From a virus, in IMG/VR virus record IMGVR_UViG_3300008448_011290: DNA of 64,000 nucleotides. One strand, given 5' to 3'. Positions 47,801 to 57,650 of this stretch are shown one piece after another. A program made the translations under genes and the position numbers. The notes below the pieces were generated by a model. The model was not told the DNA's origin. It searched no databases and saw nothing but the letters and a program-made list of their open reading frames with translations. Each line of letters starts with the position of its first letter. Position 1 is the stretch's first letter.

Positions 47801-50800
47801 ATAAAGTATACAGCACACCTACCACAGCATCATTGATATTCAATTACAACAAATCGAATAGAATATCCAGCACAGTGGTATTATCAGATCAATCTACTAT
47901 AAACACCTATGGTAACATTTACAAATGGGTCAGCGTGAGATTTGACAGCATGGACAATGTTAATGACCGAATACCTTATAGCGTTTACAGAGATGTGGAC
48001 ACAGCAAATTTTGTTAATGGTGATAGAGTGTTTGCTGACAACAGTACGGGCAAATGGGCAATATATGAAAAAACAGATCCATACGAAACAAAATTATTGT
48101 TATCCCCAGATTCTGTAAACGAGCAATATTTTGGTTATCAAATAGTTGCTAGAAATGATAGTAGAACATTAATAGTAGCATCGCCAGGTGAAGGTCAAGG
48201 ACATATACATTTTCTCTATAGAGCAGAAAATCAACCAGGAAATTTATTCTCTTCTACCAGCAGTTATGAAATGAATGACGGAAATGATGCTACATCTCGT
48301 TTGGGAGAAACTTTAACAATTAGCACTGATGAAAATTACATTGCAGCAGGAGCTCCTTACACTAATACATTAGCAAATGACGGCAGTACCAGACACGAAA
48401 ATGCTGGATTAATAAAGATTTTTGCATGGAATAATGTAGACAAAAATTATTCTTTCTACAACACTGTGTTACCACCCACTGATGATAGCTCTACATTGAT
48501 AGATATGAATTATGGATGGGCCTGTGCCATAGCAGAACCTTCAGATGCCAGCACAGTTTCAACTAGACCAAAATTTCTTTTTGCGTCAGCTCCTGGACTA
48601 AACAACAATTCAGGAGTGGTATATGTGCATACTCTACAAAAAGATCTAGCAGACAGTACCATACCTGTATGGAGACAAGATTCTGCGATATACAGTACAG
48701 AATCAGGATCAGGCAAAAGATTCGGTCACAGATTAGCAGTCAACGATAATGCAGATATAATAGCAATCAGTAGTGTTGCTCCAGGCACTGCTGGACAGGT
48801 AGAAATATTTACAAAGAATAGTGTGAATGATGATGGCAGCAGCATAGAAGATGGCAGTACCAAACATATTTTTACTCATAGACAAACATTGAAAGGTGTA
48901 AATGCAGATGGTAGCACTCTAAACACCGCGTTTGGAGAAAGTATTTCTATGAGCATCAACGGAGAATTGCTCGTAATATCTGCTCCTGGAAAAGATCAAG
49001 GAGAGCAAAATGATGCTGGAGCAATCTATATCTATAAATGGAACGCTGATGGATCAACAAATACCTATACTCTACAACAGACTATTGTAGCTCCAGAGTC
49101 TTCTACTAATATGAGATTTGGATCCACAGTGCAAATTAATAGAGCAAATAATAGAATAGTGATAGGAGCTGAAAAATTTGGAAATAATAGAAGTATGCTT
49201 TTTGATAACGGAGCCACAACGTTTGATTTAGGAGATACAGATATAGTGGATCTTAACATAGGATCTGGAGGAGTGTTTACTGCTACAAAATATGATACAG
49301 AATTTGTAATAGATGACAAATTAGTTACAACGAATGTAGATGCCAATGACGATTTTGGCAGAGGAATATTCATAACAGACACAACAGTGTTTGTAGGATC
49401 ACCTCAGGATGATGTTTTAACAAACGATGGCAGCACATATAGACTAGATGAAGGAACTGTAACAATATTTGATCTTAAAGTGAGAAATTCTTATGCATGG
49501 ACGGCATTGTCTACTGAAACAAATCTTGTTAATGATAAAAAAGTAGATTCTTCTTTTATTTTTGATAGTGCAAATAATGAAATAATTGATTATTTAGATT
49601 ACTATGATCCTGTCAAAGGCAGAATACTGGGTATAGCCGACAGAGAAATTAACTACAAAACTGAATGGGATCCAGCAATATACAATATCGGAACCAAAGA
49701 TAAAACTGTCAATACAAAAACAGCATGGGGTGAAGAGCATGTGGGTGAAGTTTGGTGGAATATGAGCACTGTAAGGTGGGTTTGGTATGAACAACACGGT
49801 TTAGAATATCAAACTAAAAATTGGGGCAAATTATTTCCAGGATCATCAGTGGACATATATGAGTGGGTAGAATCAACTCTGTTACCATCTGAATGGAATC
49901 TGAGAGCAGACACAGTGCCGGGATTATCACAAGGAGTCTCTGGAAAACCTCTACATCCAGACAATACAGTTTTTACAGTGAAACAAAAATACAACACTAT
50001 TTCTGATAGTTTTGTTAATTATTATTATTTCTGGATAAAAAATTCTGTATTTTTGCCGGCAAAAAATAAATCAGCCACAGAAAGAAAGAACACTACAGCA
50101 TACGTGTCCAATCTAATAGAGAATCCATTAGCATCAGGAATAAAATATTATGCTATCACAGGAACAAACTCATTAATAACTTTTAATGTTAAAAATAGTT
50201 TAACTAATGATAATACAGTTCTTAATATAAATTATAAAAATAATAATAATGAAGACACAGCACACAGTGTATGGAAATTAATTAGAGAAGGTGACAAAGA
50301 TGATAGTCCAAATGCATTATTAGAGAAAAAATGGTGGGACAGTCTTGTGGGCAAAGATACGTCAGGCAACGAAGTACCAGATCTAACATTGCCAATCAAC
50401 CAACGATACGGAAATAGTGTTAGACCTAGACAGAGCTGGTATGTGGATAGATTTGCTGCTCTAAAAGAAATCGTAGATTACAGTAACAGCGTACTAAAAA
50501 CAAAAGAATTAGCCAACAGTATCAGTTACGCAAATTTAAATTCAGCAGATCCAGAACCCACAGAAGCTTCAGGCGAATGGGATCGTAGAGTTGAAAGTTA
50601 CGCAGATTTAACATACATCGATACTAGAGATATCAGCGGCATAATTGATGTATTAGTAGCTAGCGATGAAGAAAACAGCAAAGGTTCTTGGGCAATCTAT
50701 AACTGGAATCTTACAGAATGGATAAGAACGAAAGTACAGACATATAAGACGAGCACTTATTATAGTCTAGCTGATTGGTATGCTGATGGATATGACACAA

Positions 50801-53800
50801 ACACTGTGATTGACAAACAGGTTAACTATCAGTATGAAGTTGAGACTATAGATTTAGAAATTGGAAGAATTGTAAAAGTATTAAGAGCCGACACAGGCGG
50901 TTGGAAATTATTTGAACAAACTGCAGAAGGATTAAAAAATGTTGCCACACAAAATGGTACAATACAATTATCCAAAGCTCTGTATGACTATACTATTAAG
51001 AACACAGGATTTGATGCTGATGATACATTTGATGCTAATTTCTTTGACCAAGAACCCACAATTGAAACCAGAAATATTTTAACAGCTCTAAGAGATGATA
51101 TATTTGTGGGAGATCTAAAAATAGAATACAATAATATATTCTTTATTGGATTAAGAAAAGTATTAGAAGAACAATTATACGTGGATTGGTTGAATAAATC
51201 TTCGTTTATAAACGTAACCAACAGTCTAAGACCATTAGATCAGCGTAAGACTTATAGAGTGGGTAACGAAAACTTTGTAGAAGATTACATCAATGAAGTG
51301 AAACCTTTTCATACCAAGATAAGAGAATATAGATTAGGATATACCACTACAGAAACACAAGATGGAATCAACACAGACTTTGATCTTCCAGCATTTTATG
51401 ATGGCACTCGCATTAGGAATGTAGACGTGTCGGCAGATGTAGCATTAATGGCAAGTTACCCTTACCGTTTCTGGAGAGACAATTATAAAAAATATGTGGA
51501 TTCTATTGTGGTAACCAAAGGTGGTAGTGGATATATCACTGCTCCTACAGTTACACTAGTTGGAGGAACAACCAAATCAGTGGGACCGTTCACAGTGTTG
51601 GGTAGAAGTAACAGTGGACCAACATCAGGACAATCAGGATATTTTTATCCATTGTACACAGCAGCCGCAGATGCTGATCTAGCAGACAGTCAAGAGGGCG
51701 GAACAGGTACTAGCTCATTATTCACATTCAATGAATACCCAAGCATAGAGTTTTATATGCCAGACTCTGATCAAAATACAGCCATCACAGATAGACCTAC
51801 AGGATATGAAGTTTATACCACAGCAGACAATACTCAAGCCACAGCAAGAGCGATAATACAGAATGGATCTGTGACAAGAATACAACTATTAACACCAGGC
51901 AGTAACTACACAGCCACACCACGAGTAGTATTAACAGGCGGAGGTTCTGGAGGAGTTACACCAGCAGATGCTGCTCGAGCCTATGCCAATTTAAGGAATG
52001 ATCTTGTGAGAGATATCTCTACCACAATCAAATTTGACCGAGTACAATCCACAGCCACAGTGTTGGATTGGGTAGCAAATACAGCCTATGCATACAATGA
52101 TCTAATTAGATATGAAGACGGATTCTATAAAGTTAACAGTGGATTTACCAGCACAGAAGATTTCGATAACGGATTAACATATCTAACAAAATTGCGAGGC
52201 GATGAACCTTACATTACTGCTGCTGAAAGAACTCTAGGATTGTACCAACCAGATGCTGGCATGCCAGGCAACGAGTTATCTCAAGTGATGACAGGAGTAG
52301 ACTACGGCGGAGTTATGGTTACAGGATTAGCATTCAACAGTGGACAGGGTTGGGATAGATCGCCATGGTACGATAATCCTTGGGACACATATGGTTTAAG
52401 CCGAGTGAAAACATTCTATGGAGATGGTAGCTCTACAGCATTTACATTTGCAACTGCTCCGAGTGCGACCGATGTATACACTGTATACATAAATGGTGTG
52501 AGACAAACGTCACTGGTATTCCGAGGCGATGGATCTACCAAAACTTTCACAGTTATACCTGATGACAGCTCTGTGGTTGGCAACGGCGATGAAATACAGT
52601 TTATACCTTTTGATGATGACGGAGTACTAACACCCACAGATGATAAAACTCTAGATTCATTGATCAGCGGTGGTCTTTTTGGATCAGCGGTGGGAATAGC
52701 ACCGTCGGATATTATATTAGAAGGAGATGGATTCATAACACCAGAAACCAGCTATGCTCCAGAAGAGAATGTGCCAGGTTCAATGTTTGACACTGTGGAT
52801 ATCAAAGTTTATACCACACCAGAGTCCGGCGTGCCGTTTATTGTGAACAAAAATTATATCGGTGATGGTTTAACTCTAACTTATAACATAGGACAATATC
52901 CAGGAACAGATGATTCAGTGATAGTGACTGTGGATGGTCAAACCATGAGGCAGAATGACGAATACACAGTAGATGCTGCTGCAAAAACTATTACTTTTTT
53001 ATCAACACCGGTAAGTGGCAGCAAGATATCTATCAAGAGTTTTGCTGTGTCTGGAAGTAATTACATGGTATTGAACACTTTCATTGGAGACGGATCCACA
53101 GCATCATTCACAACATCTGCTAGAGAGACTTTCCAATTGGACAGTGCGGCCAGCCAACTATATGTCACTGTAGATGGTCAACCCACAACAGCATACAATT
53201 ACACAGTATCAGGCAAATTAATCACAATAACATTACATACTGGTGATGGATCTACTCTGTTGCCTCCAGCAGCAGGCAAATTAATACAGATATCATCATT
53301 CAATCAACCTGCGGGCAGTGGTAGAGCTTATGCTGAAGTTAGAAGTGAGCAGTTGACACACGATGGTACCAACAGATATACTTTGACATATCCTGCAGGT
53401 GCTATTGGACCATATTCAGGATTGACGCTTTTAGAAGTAGGCGGAAAAATATTGAGAGGACCAGACAATACCTACTATGCAGGCGATGGCAGCACCACAA
53501 GTTACAGTCTAGGCACAGATCCTGCCAACACAGTAACAGTAGCCAATGAAGTAGAAGTTTATGTCAACGGTTCTAAAAAATATCAGTTCACAGATTACAC
53601 AGTGAATATCGGTACACAACAGATACAGTTTGTGTCTGCTCCAAGTGGTACAGATGTTATTGCTGTGTCTGTACTATTGGATAATCATTATTACAACGAA
53701 GGATCAGATGTGATATTAAAACCAACACAACTGGCTGCTGATGGAATATCTTTGTCATCTGGAGATATATTTGTGGCCATAACATTTAACAATGCTGTGG

Positions 53801-54699
53801 GAATGAATCAAAGAAGAGAAACGTTTGCTGGTGTTGTGTCAGGAGAATTCTATCTAGAATATACGCCTCTTAACAGTGATTATGTGTTTGTATGGTTAAA
53901 TGGAGAATCATTGACACAAGGATACAACTTCCTTTTAAATGGTAATAAAATAACCATAGGTGGAATTACTGTATCAACAACAGACAGAATAGACGTGATG
54001 TATTTTGCTGCGGAGAGTGCAGTTAATGCTACAGGATTCCGAATATTCAAAGATATGTTGAACAGAACCTTCTTCAAAAGAATCAGTGCTGATAATACCA
54101 CAACATTGGCTGCAGCACTGGCAGATGATGCTATATCAATTACAGTGGCAGATGGTAGCGTATTAGCATCTCCTCCGGGTGGATCGGTACCGGGAGTCAT
54201 ATTCATAGACAAAGAAAGGATTGAATACTTTATCAAATCCGGCAACACTCTATCTCAATTGAGAAGAGGCACACTAGGTACAGGTATAAAAGTACACGCA
54301 GCAGGCACACAAGTAGTGGATGCTTCAGGTTCTCAAACTGTGCCTTACGCAGAAACAGTTTACACAAAAACATCTATGGGAGATGGTAGCACCAGTATGT
54401 TCCCTACCACAATTGCAGCAGCAACACCATATGAATTGGATGTGTTTGTGGGAGGTCGAAGATTGCCATACATGAGCGAAGATGGCAGCACTGTGAACTA
54501 CACAGTGGATGGCAGTACTGCAAATGTGGCACTTACTGATGCACCAGCAGCAGATGTACAGGTAAAAATCGTACAAAAACGTGGAGTAGTATGGTATACT
54601 CAAGGAGCGGGCACTGCAGCCGATGGTAAAGGACTGCAAAAATCAACAACTAATCAAGCAAAATTCATAGCAGGAGAACCAACAAATGTACCTGAATAA
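41827..54699 (+). CDS. Giant (4290 aa) baseplate wedge/fibre-attachment protein (gp7-like position)
   Basis: Follows gp6; includes a cupredoxin-like domain, FG-GAP-like propeller repeats (~48100-49500), YINEVKPFHTKIR and many GDGST beta-sandwich repeats. Confidence 0.8.
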   Translation: MADSPINSTTNYEVVTDSNGVTLRRSIAHLPSFYRTDNNHRFLTSTLDQLIQPGKLTRLDGYVGRQYSYTRQAADSYIEATSEDRANYQLEPAVTYTDKDTSSINPEDQVKFTATYDDYINQIKFFGGNVDNHDRLNKEIVYAWNPAVDFDKLINYREYYWLPEGPNPILVSNNGTNSVTEISVDHVGNTAYTFSTYDGVQNPTITLYRGNTYKFVLDVDGHPFYIMTEPFTTGIAEDGSTSVIYSSAVSGNGTEVGILTFTVPSDAPDILYYQCGNHQAMQGILTIKTITAVTKIDVEHEIVGTKNYIMSSGIKLSNGMKLKFIDNVTSATYKNKEFYVEGVGDHITLTDTARLITPESYSAETTELYDTVTYDSRPYAISFYRPETPDYITIKRDSPDNNAWSRYNRWFHKSVIKTSDDVNGNITALLETARAKRPIIEFDSGIQLYDHGTEGLNSVALIDTVTTDVFSTVVNSSGYIVDGISLAHGMRVLFTADTDSIVKNRIYKVNFVTVGGNSVINLTQEADGIPQDGQTVYAELGANYQGKTFYYSESENAWQQGQTKTALNQKPLFSLQDNNDIKFNDQTVYQNSSFAGAAVFEYKISETSPVDTVLGLRVKYNTINNVGDITFTSDLGSGSFTYKSGDKVISKNFGTGHVHYIISRTENEAKTSWIKRLEDSKQRVIRTFIVEANELRLFPIDVFANSVELEDLDVHVDVNSKVQNLNTDYTLVDGTTNKYIKFSYDLLVGDIVKIQCYSAAKRVVGKGLYEIPENLSVNPFNEQLKDFTFGQILNHVHDINEKNVELTGDIPGDSNLRDLPDVRTKGGTIIQHSAPLPQAMFSLIDQNANAISAIEYCSLEYQKFKEGFQSNIDIGRSYEGDPAAAVDEIIKTMHGDRGISFPFFYEDMIGYGEKVSTRTYTVQDSTETEYAIDSQFDINVSSNRAVYVYLNNTQLLQGYDYTFSETEDSVNITAALVEGDVIKIKDYSDTTGSFVPLTPTKVGIYPRFKPEKILDDTYLESTYVIVGHDGSKTVAYGDYRDDILLELERRIYNNCKIVYDSALLPETEVRPSGFTQGDYTIGEINNILSYDFYSWAGRNAVDYQKNEIYDDSNAFTFNYSSNKDSVNSEYLPGHWRGIYNYFYDTDRPHTHPWEMLGHSEKPTWWEDTYGPGPYSSGNELLWNDLAAGYDSGKESADPRYVRSDLLNYLPVDENGQLLSPIDSGLIDNYVSAGINKVWKFGDHSPTETAWRRSAQYPFAVIKLLALTRPAKFFGLFFDNSRLGLNVSGNVIDSDTEVAQNIRTAKYHLETSTDNETGTTTRYITGGYQPFVVNYLIKNGLDPAVFFYDKMKNLNVQLAYKLGGFTDKQNLRILTDSVSPGSTAGSQFIPDENYKILFRISNPINTFEYSGVLIELNTATTGDGSTLEGGYKVIGYNTIKPYFKIFEPLKNGNSYSIEAGNARATIYKDYGNVEKVVTYGTVFKDVQSVVNFLTGYGKYLESQGFVFDKFSRELKEIANWEMSSKEFLYWTRQGWAPGSAITLSPGAEGFHLSTKDSVIGRLKNLQGEYTVLDSAGSTVNSKSISTKRIGTTFEIISKFPESGIYNITMNAVQKEHILLFDNITVFSDILLQLATGFRQQRFRLIGWKTGDWNGDYYSPGFVFDEAQVAAWTANTDYQIGDTVEYNAKFYTSKVNHNSGNTFESDKWQKKKEKPAAQLIPNFDYKISQFNDFYNLESNNFDEGQQRLAQHLTGYQSRSYLDNLFLNDVSQYKFYQGFIREKGTLNAINKLVKAKFYGENIDLTIYPEWMIRVGEFGNTDNKKFVQIRMPDDTFTNNIQSIEILDNVSDSLDWEKSVRVLTSELYNKTIEYNSQETFSLYDYTEEGTDKDTVQKFKTAGYPRLLDVDHTAFTSTDLLNLDVSSITKNDLVWVAKKDNNDWDVLRLTSTVLKIIAMRSINNATQLEVILTGNHDFVAGDYFSILNSQSTQLNGVYKVYSTPTTASLIFNYNKSNRISSTVVLSDQSTINTYGNIYKWVSVRFDSMDNVNDRIPYSVYRDVDTANFVNGDRVFADNSTGKWAIYEKTDPYETKLLLSPDSVNEQYFGYQIVARNDSRTLIVASPGEGQGHIHFLYRAENQPGNLFSSTSSYEMNDGNDATSRLGETLTISTDENYIAAGAPYTNTLANDGSTRHENAGLIKIFAWNNVDKNYSFYNTVLPPTDDSSTLIDMNYGWACAIAEPSDASTVSTRPKFLFASAPGLNNNSGVVYVHTLQKDLADSTIPVWRQDSAIYSTESGSGKRFGHRLAVNDNADIIAISSVAPGTAGQVEIFTKNSVNDDGSSIEDGSTKHIFTHRQTLKGVNADGSTLNTAFGESISMSINGELLVISAPGKDQGEQNDAGAIYIYKWNADGSTNTYTLQQTIVAPESSTNMRFGSTVQINRANNRIVIGAEKFGNNRSMLFDNGATTFDLGDTDIVDLNIGSGGVFTATKYDTEFVIDDKLVTTNVDANDDFGRGIFITDTTVFVGSPQDDVLTNDGSTYRLDEGTVTIFDLKVRNSYAWTALSTETNLVNDKKVDSSFIFDSANNEIIDYLDYYDPVKGRILGIADREINYKTEWDPAIYNIGTKDKTVNTKTAWGEEHVGEVWWNMSTVRWVWYEQHGLEYQTKNWGKLFPGSSVDIYEWVESTLLPSEWNLRADTVPGLSQGVSGKPLHPDNTVFTVKQKYNTISDSFVNYYYFWIKNSVFLPAKNKSATERKNTTAYVSNLIENPLASGIKYYAITGTNSLITFNVKNSLTNDNTVLNINYKNNNNEDTAHSVWKLIREGDKDDSPNALLEKKWWDSLVGKDTSGNEVPDLTLPINQRYGNSVRPRQSWYVDRFAALKEIVDYSNSVLKTKELANSISYANLNSADPEPTEASGEWDRRVESYADLTYIDTRDISGIIDVLVASDEENSKGSWAIYNWNLTEWIRTKVQTYKTSTYYSLADWYADGYDTNTVIDKQVNYQYEVETIDLEIGRIVKVLRADTGGWKLFEQTAEGLKNVATQNGTIQLSKALYDYTIKNTGFDADDTFDANFFDQEPTIETRNILTALRDDIFVGDLKIEYNNIFFIGLRKVLEEQLYVDWLNKSSFINVTNSLRPLDQRKTYRVGNENFVEDYINEVKPFHTKIREYRLGYTTTETQDGINTDFDLPAFYDGTRIRNVDVSADVALMASYPYRFWRDNYKKYVDSIVVTKGGSGYITAPTVTLVGGTTKSVGPFTVLGRSNSGPTSGQSGYFYPLYTAAADADLADSQEGGTGTSSLFTFNEYPSIEFYMPDSDQNTAITDRPTGYEVYTTADNTQATARAIIQNGSVTRIQLLTPGSNYTATPRVVLTGGGSGGVTPADAARAYANLRNDLVRDISTTIKFDRVQSTATVLDWVANTAYAYNDLIRYEDGFYKVNSGFTSTEDFDNGLTYLTKLRGDEPYITAAERTLGLYQPDAGMPGNELSQVMTGVDYGGVMVTGLAFNSGQGWDRSPWYDNPWDTYGLSRVKTFYGDGSSTAFTFATAPSATDVYTVYINGVRQTSLVFRGDGSTKTFTVIPDDSSVVGNGDEIQFIPFDDDGVLTPTDDKTLDSLISGGLFGSAVGIAPSDIILEGDGFITPETSYAPEENVPGSMFDTVDIKVYTTPESGVPFIVNKNYIGDGLTLTYNIGQYPGTDDSVIVTVDGQTMRQNDEYTVDAAAKTITFLSTPVSGSKISIKSFAVSGSNYMVLNTFIGDGSTASFTTSARETFQLDSAASQLYVTVDGQPTTAYNYTVSGKLITITLHTGDGSTLLPPAAGKLIQISSFNQPAGSGRAYAEVRSEQLTHDGTNRYTLTYPAGAIGPYSGLTLLEVGGKILRGPDNTYYAGDGSTTSYSLGTDPANTVTVANEVEVYVNGSKKYQFTDYTVNIGTQQIQFVSAPSGTDVIAVSVLLDNHYYNEGSDVILKPTQLAADGISLSSGDIFVAITFNNAVGMNQRRETFAGVVSGEFYLEYTPLNSDYVFVWLNGESLTQGYNFLLNGNKITIGGITVSTTDRIDVMYFAAESAVNATGFRIFKDMLNRTFFKRISADNTTTLAAALADDAISITVADGSVLASPPGGSVPGVIFIDKERIEYFIKSGNTLSQLRRGTLGTGIKVHAAGTQVVDASGSQTVPYAETVYTKTSMGDGSTSMFPTTIAAATPYELDVFVGGRRLPYMSEDGSTVNYTVDGSTANVALTDAPAADVQVKIVQKRGVVWYTQGAGTAADGKGLQKSTTNQAKFIAGEPTNVPE

Positions 54700-54709
54700 A
54701 TACAACGCA

Positions 54710-55372
54710 ATGACAGAACAAGAAAATAACAAAAATACTCAGCAAGAGCAGAACAATAAAAAGCCACAGGATCATTCCGGCATTAAAATGGAAGGACATA
54801 TTAAAATATGGGATCCTTCTACAGGTGAAGTTATTGTGGACAAAAGAAATGCTATTCATTATGAGAACATGAGCATAGCATTGGCTAACAGTCTTGCAAA
54901 TAAGAGCACAGGATTCGTTCATGAAATGGCATTCGGTAACGGTGGAACCACAGTGGATCCCACAGGTATTATAACATATCTAACACCCAACACCACAGGA
55001 ACCAATGCATCACTGTATAATCAAACCTATTACAAAGTTGTGGATGATAATTCAGCTACCAACAAAGACACTACCAGAAACAAAATGGAGATTCGTCACA
55101 CTGCGGGAAACAAATACACAGACATAGTGGTAACTTGCACACTGGATTACGGTGAACCCACAGGACAAGAAGCATTTGATAACACAACCAATTTTAATGG
55201 TGATTTCGTATTTGACGAGTTAGGATTAAAATCTTGGGAAGGCACAGAAAATGGAACATCTAATAAATTATTGACTCATGTGATATTCCATCCTGTACAA
55301 AAAAGTTTAAACAGACTGATACAAATTGATTATACTTTAAGGATACAATCGTTAACAACATTTACGGAATAA
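54710..55372 (+). CDS. Baseplate/virion structural protein
   Basis: Start moved to ATG 54710, 7 nt after TAAATA; GHIKIWDP..GEVIVDKRNAIH, MAFGNGG, FDELGL, HPVQKSLNR.IQIDYT. Confidence 0.75.
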   Translation: MTEQENNKNTQQEQNNKKPQDHSGIKMEGHIKIWDPSTGEVIVDKRNAIHYENMSIALANSLANKSTGFVHEMAFGNGGTTVDPTGIITYLTPNTTGTNASLYNQTYYKVVDDNSATNKDTTRNKMEIRHTAGNKYTDIVVTCTLDYGEPTGQEAFDNTTNFNGDFVFDELGLKSWEGTENGTSNKLLTHVIFHPVQKSLNRLIQIDYTLRIQSLTTFTE

Positions 55373-55377
55373 AATAA

Positions 55378-56598
55378 ATGGCTTATACAGTTAACAAATC
55401 TAATACTGCAGCATCGCCCAATCAGTACACAGTACAAGATTCTATTTTGAATACACAAACAGATCTAGAATTTGTGGGCAAAGGTTATGCTGGATACGGA
55501 GAAGTAATTGCAGAAAATTTTCTACACCTACTAGAAAACTTTTCTAACACTTCAGCTCCAGGAAAACCCATCAAAGGTCAGTTATGGTATGATGAATCAT
55601 CTGCAAAAATAAAAGTTTACACAGGATCTTCGTTTCAACCAGTGGGTGGAGCAACCTATTCATCAGTGGCACCGGCAGGATTGAATGCAGGAGACCTTTG
55701 GATTGACAGCGACACGCAACAATTATTCTTTAATAATGGAGCTGCAAACGTACTGGTAGGACCACCAGCTTCTTCAGGAACAATAAACGGTTTCGTTTAC
55801 AGCACCATATCAGACAGCAGTGACAATGAAAGAAACATCACTAGAGTTTTCAACAGTGATGTGCAGGTAGCCATAATCAGTGATACCAGCTTCACACCCA
55901 AAGTGGCAATATCAGGTTTCGCTACTATTACAAAAGGTATAAATTTATCTACTGTTGTAACAGGATCAAAATTTACAGGCACAGCCACAAACTCAGATGC
56001 ATTGGGAGGAGAAGCTGCTGGATCATATCTTAGAATTGACGGCGCAAGTACCAGCTCCACTACAAGATCTTTATCAATAATAAATGATGTAGGATTGACC
56101 ATAGGAGCAGACAGTGATTTTAGAATATTGATAGATCCGCTAGGAGTTCACATGCAGAATAACACAGTGGACGAAGACATAATATTTAGAGTGAACGATG
56201 GTGGAGTCGTTACCACAGTAATGACACTAGATGGAACCACAGCTCGAGTAGGAATTGGAACCAGTTCTCCTACAACTAAATTAGATGTAGTAGGCACAGT
56301 GAATGCTACTGCCTTCACAGGACCTATCACCGGAACAGTAAATTCTTCTGAAATTAATATTCTAGCTTCTGGTACATTGGTATTTGAAGGATCTTCGGAT
56401 GATATCTATGAAACTACACTAACAGTGGCAGATCCCACAGCTGACAGAACAATAACTTTACCAAATAGATCAGGCACAGTGATAACGTCAGGAGATTCAG
56501 GCACTGTAACTGCTGCAATGTTAGCCAGTACGGTAACTTTGCAAATATTAGATTCTACAGGAACGGTATTAAAAACCATCTACGGCGCGGGTGCTTAA
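55378..56598 (+). CDS. Tail fibre / baseplate-attached fibre protein
   Basis: GKGYAGYGEVIAENFLHLLENF...P.KGQLWYD, GDLWID, VGIGTSSP, ADRTITLPN.SGTV. Confidence 0.75.
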   Translation: MAYTVNKSNTAASPNQYTVQDSILNTQTDLEFVGKGYAGYGEVIAENFLHLLENFSNTSAPGKPIKGQLWYDESSAKIKVYTGSSFQPVGGATYSSVAPAGLNAGDLWIDSDTQQLFFNNGAANVLVGPPASSGTINGFVYSTISDSSDNERNITRVFNSDVQVAIISDTSFTPKVAISGFATITKGINLSTVVTGSKFTGTATNSDALGGEAAGSYLRIDGASTSSTTRSLSIINDVGLTIGADSDFRILIDPLGVHMQNNTVDEDIIFRVNDGGVVTTVMTLDGTTARVGIGTSSPTTKLDVVGTVNATAFTGPITGTVNSSEINILASGTLVFEGSSDDIYETTLTVADPTADRTITLPNRSGTVITSGDSGTVTAAMLASTVTLQILDSTGTVLKTIYGAGA

Positions 56599-56623
56599 TA
56601 CTGTATGGAAAATATTGTATTAA

Positions 56624-56652
56624 TTGACAGCAATAACAAATACATTTATAAT
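56624..56652 (+). promoter_or_regulatory. Perfect-consensus sigma70 promoter
   Basis: TTGACA (56624-56629)-17 nt-TATAAT (56647-56652), 20 nt before ATG 56673. Confidence 0.8.
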
Positions 56653-56672
56653 ATTATAGAGAGACTATAAAA

Positions 56673-57650
56673 ATGGCAGTTCGTAAACCTTTATATTATG
56701 ATAGCGGAAATCTAAGAGAGATGACCGATGAGCAGATAGCTCAAATCAAAGCTAGAATGTTCTGGTCATACGTGTCAAATCCTTCTGTGGCACTAACAGT
56801 GGTTAACTCAGGTGGCACTCTAGGCACTATAACAGATACTAGATTACAAGCGGGAGCAGTCAGTACAAGTGCTTCTTCAACTCCAACAGAAGCAGAGACG
56901 GCTGAACCCAGCATAGTGAATGTGGCAATTGCTAGAATACAACAGACCATAGCATCAGATCCAAATCCTGCTACCACGCCCACACAATACCCTGCCTACT
57001 ACACAGCAGATGGCAACGTTAGAGCAATGAATCTACAGGACATGTATGATACTTTTGCTATAGAAGTTTTCGACGGTGGATGGACGGCTGCAGATGGATC
57101 CACAGTATTTCCTTCATTGCTTGCTGCAGAAATATACACCATACATACAACCACTTCCTTAACAGGTTACACAGCAGTGCCAGGACCAGATGGCAGCACC
57201 ATAATACCGATATTCTCAGACACTCGAGCTGATGTAGCAGCTTATGATGCAGGAAACATACCTGAAGATCAAGACCAACCAACCACCATACAAGATTATT
57301 ATTTGTTAAAAAAAGATATTCCTGCTCTACCTGCTCTGCCTTCAATGGTTAGAGTCAATACTGACGGCAACGTGGTTGCCATGACAGGTGCAGCCATAGA
57401 CACTGCTATAGGAGCAGCAATTAGATATTTGATACAGGCTGAAACAGGATATAAAATACGTTACGAGTATGGAGTGAATGGGTCAGGCACAGGTACACCA
57501 GTTGGGTCGGCCATGACTGACAGTCGTTTGGATGGTTCAGGCAATTATCAAACTCTATATGTTGGAGCAGATGATTACAGAGCTCAAGAATTTCCTGATG
57601 GTTCTCAACAGGTAATCAATGTATACACTTTAAAAGCAAGAGTGGATTAA
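56673..57650 (+). CDS. Virion-type protein with three internal repeats
   Basis: Three copies of ~(P.YY)..GN.R.M (GNLREM, GNVRAM, GNVVAM) each followed by a (T/S)D(T/S)R motif. Confidence 0.7.
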   Translation: MAVRKPLYYDSGNLREMTDEQIAQIKARMFWSYVSNPSVALTVVNSGGTLGTITDTRLQAGAVSTSASSTPTEAETAEPSIVNVAIARIQQTIASDPNPATTPTQYPAYYTADGNVRAMNLQDMYDTFAIEVFDGGWTAADGSTVFPSLLAAEIYTIHTTTSLTGYTAVPGPDGSTIIPIFSDTRADVAAYDAGNIPEDQDQPTTIQDYYLLKKDIPALPALPSMVRVNTDGNVVAMTGAAIDTAIGAAIRYLIQAETGYKIRYEYGVNGSGTGTPVGSAMTDSRLDGSGNYQTLYVGADDYRAQEFPDGSQQVINVYTLKARVD

